The position numbers and the translations under genes are program-made. DNA of 64,000 nucleotides. Origin: Carcharhinus amblyrhynchos. Lineage: Eukaryota. The notes under the pieces were generated by a model, which saw only the letters and a program-made list of their open reading frames with translations, was not told the DNA's origin and did not search any database. Below, piece after piece: positions 60,021-64,000 of this stretch. Where the stretch lies: contig OZ336885.1 in NCBI GenBank assembly GCA_965287045.1, positions 37,820,001 through 37,884,000 on the forward strand, given 5' to 3'. Every line of letters starts with the position of its first letter. Position 1 is the stretch's first letter.

Positions 60021-61899
60021 TCATTGTGCAGACTTTTCCCTTTTGTAAATGTATATTGTATCTATTCTTCTCCGAGTTTCAATTTATAGTCAATTTGCTT
60101 CAACATTTCATGATCATTTAAGAGTTCAAAACATAGCACCCCAATGAAATCCTGGGGGGGAGTTTTCCTGTCCCGCCTGCCACGGGGATCATAGTGGGCA
60201 AGGAGCAAACCATGCAAATGCCCCTGTTGACGTTGGGCGGGATTTTCCAGTTTTGAGGCAAGAGTGGCTGGAAAATCCTGTCTCCTATCTTGAACTCCAG
60301 TTGCTTAAATTCTCACCACAGTGAGTTGGTTTTATTTCCACATCCCCGACATCAGGAAATACACATCACTGATGTCGGCCAATACACCTCTCAGACTATA
60401 TTCTCAGCTGGAGAAACGCCCATCGAGGTTTGTGATATTCTTGATGCTGTAGCTCTAATGTCTGCTGTTTATGGTGGCACAATTAGTCATTGCGACTCAC
60501 TTTATAATCGTATATCCAATTGGAATGGTGTTTGCTTCATCAGATTATTGTATGAAAAATGTACAGTTAAACTTTAAAGCCCATAGCTTTCCATGGCTTT
60601 CTCCCGTAAGATGTTGGCCACGATTCTCACATTCTGGTGCATTCATTTTTTAGCGCAGTGGGCTGGGAGATTTGTGCTGGGGGTGGGGGGGGAGCTGGGA
60701 TGCAGTTTGCTCCACACCAGAAATCGGTGGGGAGGCGGGGCTCCCTTAATAGCCGGGGCTATTAACAAGCCCGGGTCTGAATTCTCCAGGCCCGCTAACC
60801 TCTCCCACCCTGCCAAGGTGTTTCACTCCAGCGGGGAGTACACTAGCTCCCCACCTTTGGGGAATTAGTGACCCAACACCGCTGGAGTGAAGCAGAACAG
60901 TCGGAGCCACCTAGGGGTATGGGCGGCAGGAGGTGGTGCCTGCTAGGCATGGGCAGTCTATGCCCTCTGGCGCTATCCAAGGGGCAAAGTTCCCAGTCTA
61001 TGCCCCCCTGGTACTACCCAAGGGGCAAAGTCTCCATGTCCAGTGGGCACCTTTGCTCTGCCCACACTCCATCTGAAACGTAGTGCTCTCAGTGACTTAG
61101 GATCTCTAGAAAGGATTGGCCTTTGTAAGCTAGACCATGTTGTGGACTGTGATGCTCTCAAAGCGATGCACACATAAATTTCCAGAGTCCTCAGCAGGGA
61201 CCATGAAGGGAAGATGTTGTCATTGGTTGTTGTGTCAATAATGACCAGTCCTAGGGTTTCAACCTAATGCAAAGGTCTTCGAGGACAGATACTTTTAAGG
61301 CTTCCAACAATTGCAGGGTCCTGAGTGGCTGCACCTCAGCAAACCACTATCATGGTGAAGCACTGTCTGTGAGGACAATGCAAACATGCCTCACAAATTT
61401 ACTGTATCACCTAGATGTTAATGATTACTGATTCCTGATTTACAAATGGCGATGGGCAGTAGCAAGATGATGCCTCAGCATTCTGTGTTGATAAGCGCTG
61501 GCAATAGGACTTATGAAGCTCTCCAGAGGCCATCTATGTGTTAAGCATGAAAGAGTGATATGCATGTTTGCTCTGCCATGTTAAGCTGGTATCATACTGA
61601 CAGGAGCACATCCCTGTTAATTAGGAACACACATACTTAATGAAAGAGTGAAATGGGTTAAGGGACGAGATTGTATTATGTCGCGTGGCTGAAGAACGTG
61701 CATTAAAAGAATGCAAATCAGATTCCACAGTGGCCACATGTTGCCAAGGCTACTCATTTAGACATGTTGTCAACCCTTCCAAGGAGGATCCCATCATTAA
61801 GGCATTCGGTGAACACTGATATTTCCATAATCATTATGAGGGCATTGAACTTTTTGTGAGATTTTCTAGCTGAGAGTGAAAGTTTTGGGGCATTCCATG

Positions 61900-62760
61900 C
61901 AGTGAAAGCTAAAGAGATAACGACCATGAGAATTTACTCCTTACCTGCTGTGCTGTAAGAGTGCAATAGTCTTTCATGTGCTTCTCTGAATCCTCACCTT
62001 CTTCAGAGTGATCCCTTCAATAGCCTCCTCATCTGAGGAGTCATCTCACTCCTCAATTTCTCCTTCAGGCAACATACCTCTCCTACGCAGAGCGCAGTAA
62101 ACCATGATGATGTTCTCTCGGAGATCCCTGACTGACTGGCCCAAAATTCAGAAATGCATCTTCAGGAGGCTAATCATTTGCTCTATCAAAGACCTTGTGG
62201 TGTGGAATGTACCAAGAATCAAGCCCTAGGCCTGTTCTTAATCTGGAAATGGCATCCCCAGGCCACCTAATAACATCCCTAAGGTCCGTAGATAGATGAA
62301 CATCTCCCTCAGACTTGACTCACATTCATGAGAGTCTTGATTAGGGTGAATACACCAATGTGCTCTAACCCTCAGTCAGGCTCTTGTCATCTCTCCTCCG
62401 TTAGTCTAAACACTAACTATCAATATCTAGCCTTGTACTAATGTCATAACTGTAAGGTCTTGTAAGTCATGTCCAGTGCAGCGGAAGTATTGAGGCTTGT
62501 AATATGCATGTAGCTTTTGTCCAGCAGCCATTGCCCTTTAGTGTATGATTCTCCTCCCCATTTTGCATTCTCTGTCAGGAACACATGGCCATTCAGACCA
62601 ACTTCACAGCAGCCCCGAGACTTAATGGATTTTCACCTGAATGTGCATCATTAGTGAAGGAGCAATGTTCTTTCTGTGGGCATTTGACCCTCAAAGCCAG
62701 TACTCACCTGAGCCTTGATCTTCATGGCTTGAGCAGATAGGTAGTAGGGTACCCCAGCAA
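61900..62760 (-). mobile_element. Harbinger/HARBI1-type DDE transposase relic
   Basis: The minus strand at ~62140-62200 reads TRSLIEQMISLLKMHF*IL, matching the R..IE..FG.LK.RF..L motif of DDE_Tnp_4; stops are present. Confidence 0.5.
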
Positions 62761-63751
62761 TTGGCAGAAAATTCCTCCCACATGCATTGAGACCCCTCCC
62801 ATATTGCTTTTTTCACATCTGTTTTTCCAACTGCTATTGAATGCTGAGAGTGAAGGTGCTCCTTAGCTAAGTGAGTGTGACCAACGTCCAACCTCCCACT
62901 GTTATCCATCAAATTCCTCCCATCCTCCTCCACAGTCTCTGCTTCCTAATTCCCATTTGTCCTTCCACTATCCAGCCTCTCCCATTAACCTCGGCATTAT
63001 TGTGCACATTGATATTCCTGTTCTCCGCCCGTTCAATTCAATGTTAATGTCCCCATGCCTTTTGTTGATCTGACATCTTCTCTTCTCGAGACCACATGCA
63101 CCCTTATTTTCCAAGTTCCCCCACGAGACCATTCAAACCCCACCATGGTTTATAATTGCTGATCTAGAGAATCCACATACCTCCCCTGCATATAACTTTG
63201 CCTTTGCTTCCCAATACTATAACTCTAACCTCAGGGCCAAAAGGTCTTAGTTGATGGGCAATGCCTTACAGTGGCATGACCGTGACTGCCCGGAGAGACA
63301 TTGCCCTGAGCAAGAGTTGGACCAAAGCATGCAGAACTGTCTAACATGGCCTGCATAGTGCCAGGACAGTATTTTAAACATTCCTCCTGTGGCGTGGCCT
63401 CATCCCCTGGATTGATTGATGAAAATGCCCCCTGGACAGTTTTGCAACTTTCTGTGGACATTCTTTCAAATTCTATCCCTTGGCAGCCTTTCTCTTTTCC
63501 CCGCTTGTCATTACACCCCTACCCCTCCTACCCCAATGCTGCCTCCAACTCACTCTTCCACTCTGGTCCTTGTCCCTCTACCAGTCCTGCCTCTGTCTCA
63601 CCCCTCCCCTCTGGTTGTGCCTCCTATGCCTAGCCTGGATGTTGCATGTGCTACAGGCACCCAGTATACCTCAAGTGATGGTACAAAAAGTAGGCAAAAG
63701 CAGCATTGCCTGATCTCCAAGTCATGTATGAAGTGAAGCTCAGCCACTTTT

Positions 63752-64000
63752 ATACATAAGAACATAAGAACATAAGAAATAGGAGCAGGAGTAGGCCAAC
63801 TAGCCCTTCGAGCCTGCCCCGCCATTCAATAAGATCATGGCTGATCTGTCATGGCTCAGTTCCACATTCCCGCCCTCTCCCCATAACCCTTAATCCCCTC
63901 TCTTATCAAAAACCCATCAACCCGCGTCTTAAAAACATTTAGCGAGGTAGCCTCCACCACTTCAACGGGCAGAGAATTCCAGAGATTCACCACCCTTTGA
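63752..64000 (-). mobile_element. CR1/HER1-type LINE 3' end (continues out of the window)
   Basis: (acataaga)x3 tail and a 3'UTR nearly identical in form to the copy at 38105; CpGs are retained, so it is a young copy. Confidence 0.9.

Noticed and set aside
34600-64000. BCAS1 exons (mammalian downstream neighbour)
   Set aside because: I could not recognise any exon. The gene is poorly conserved and may lie beyond the window.

Overview
Eukaryotic genomic DNA, most likely from a shark or ray. The repeat landscape points to this: HE1-type V-SINEs, CR1/HER1-type LINEs, Deu-domain SINEs, and Penelope and Harbinger relics. The window holds one complete gene, CYP24A1 (mitochondrial vitamin D 24/23-hydroxylase), on the + strand. 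It has 11 coding exons from 14122 to 30005 (1509 nt, 502 aa), all with GT-AG introns, plus a probable non-coding exon 12 (32731 to ~34590). A CpG island at ~800-1300 holds a 43-nt minus-strand first coding exon that resembles the ZFP64 N-terminus, head-to-head with CYP24A1. The rest is mostly decayed transposons. The most interesting signals form a regulatory and biochemical set. (1) A duplicated ~200-bp non-repeat element lies ~39 and ~44 kb downstream of the promoter. Each copy keeps an identical perfect DR3 vitamin-D-response element (AGTTCA ttg AGTTCA), while I found no good DR3 in the proximal promoter. (2) A miR-125 seed site with in-register 3'-supplementary pairing sits near the poly(A) signal. 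(3) Gly occupies the human-A326 position, which predicts C23-hydroxylase/lactone chemistry. (4) A minisatellite derived from the exon-3 splice donor offers an in-frame alternative donor. All comparisons to other species are from memory and were not checked by search.
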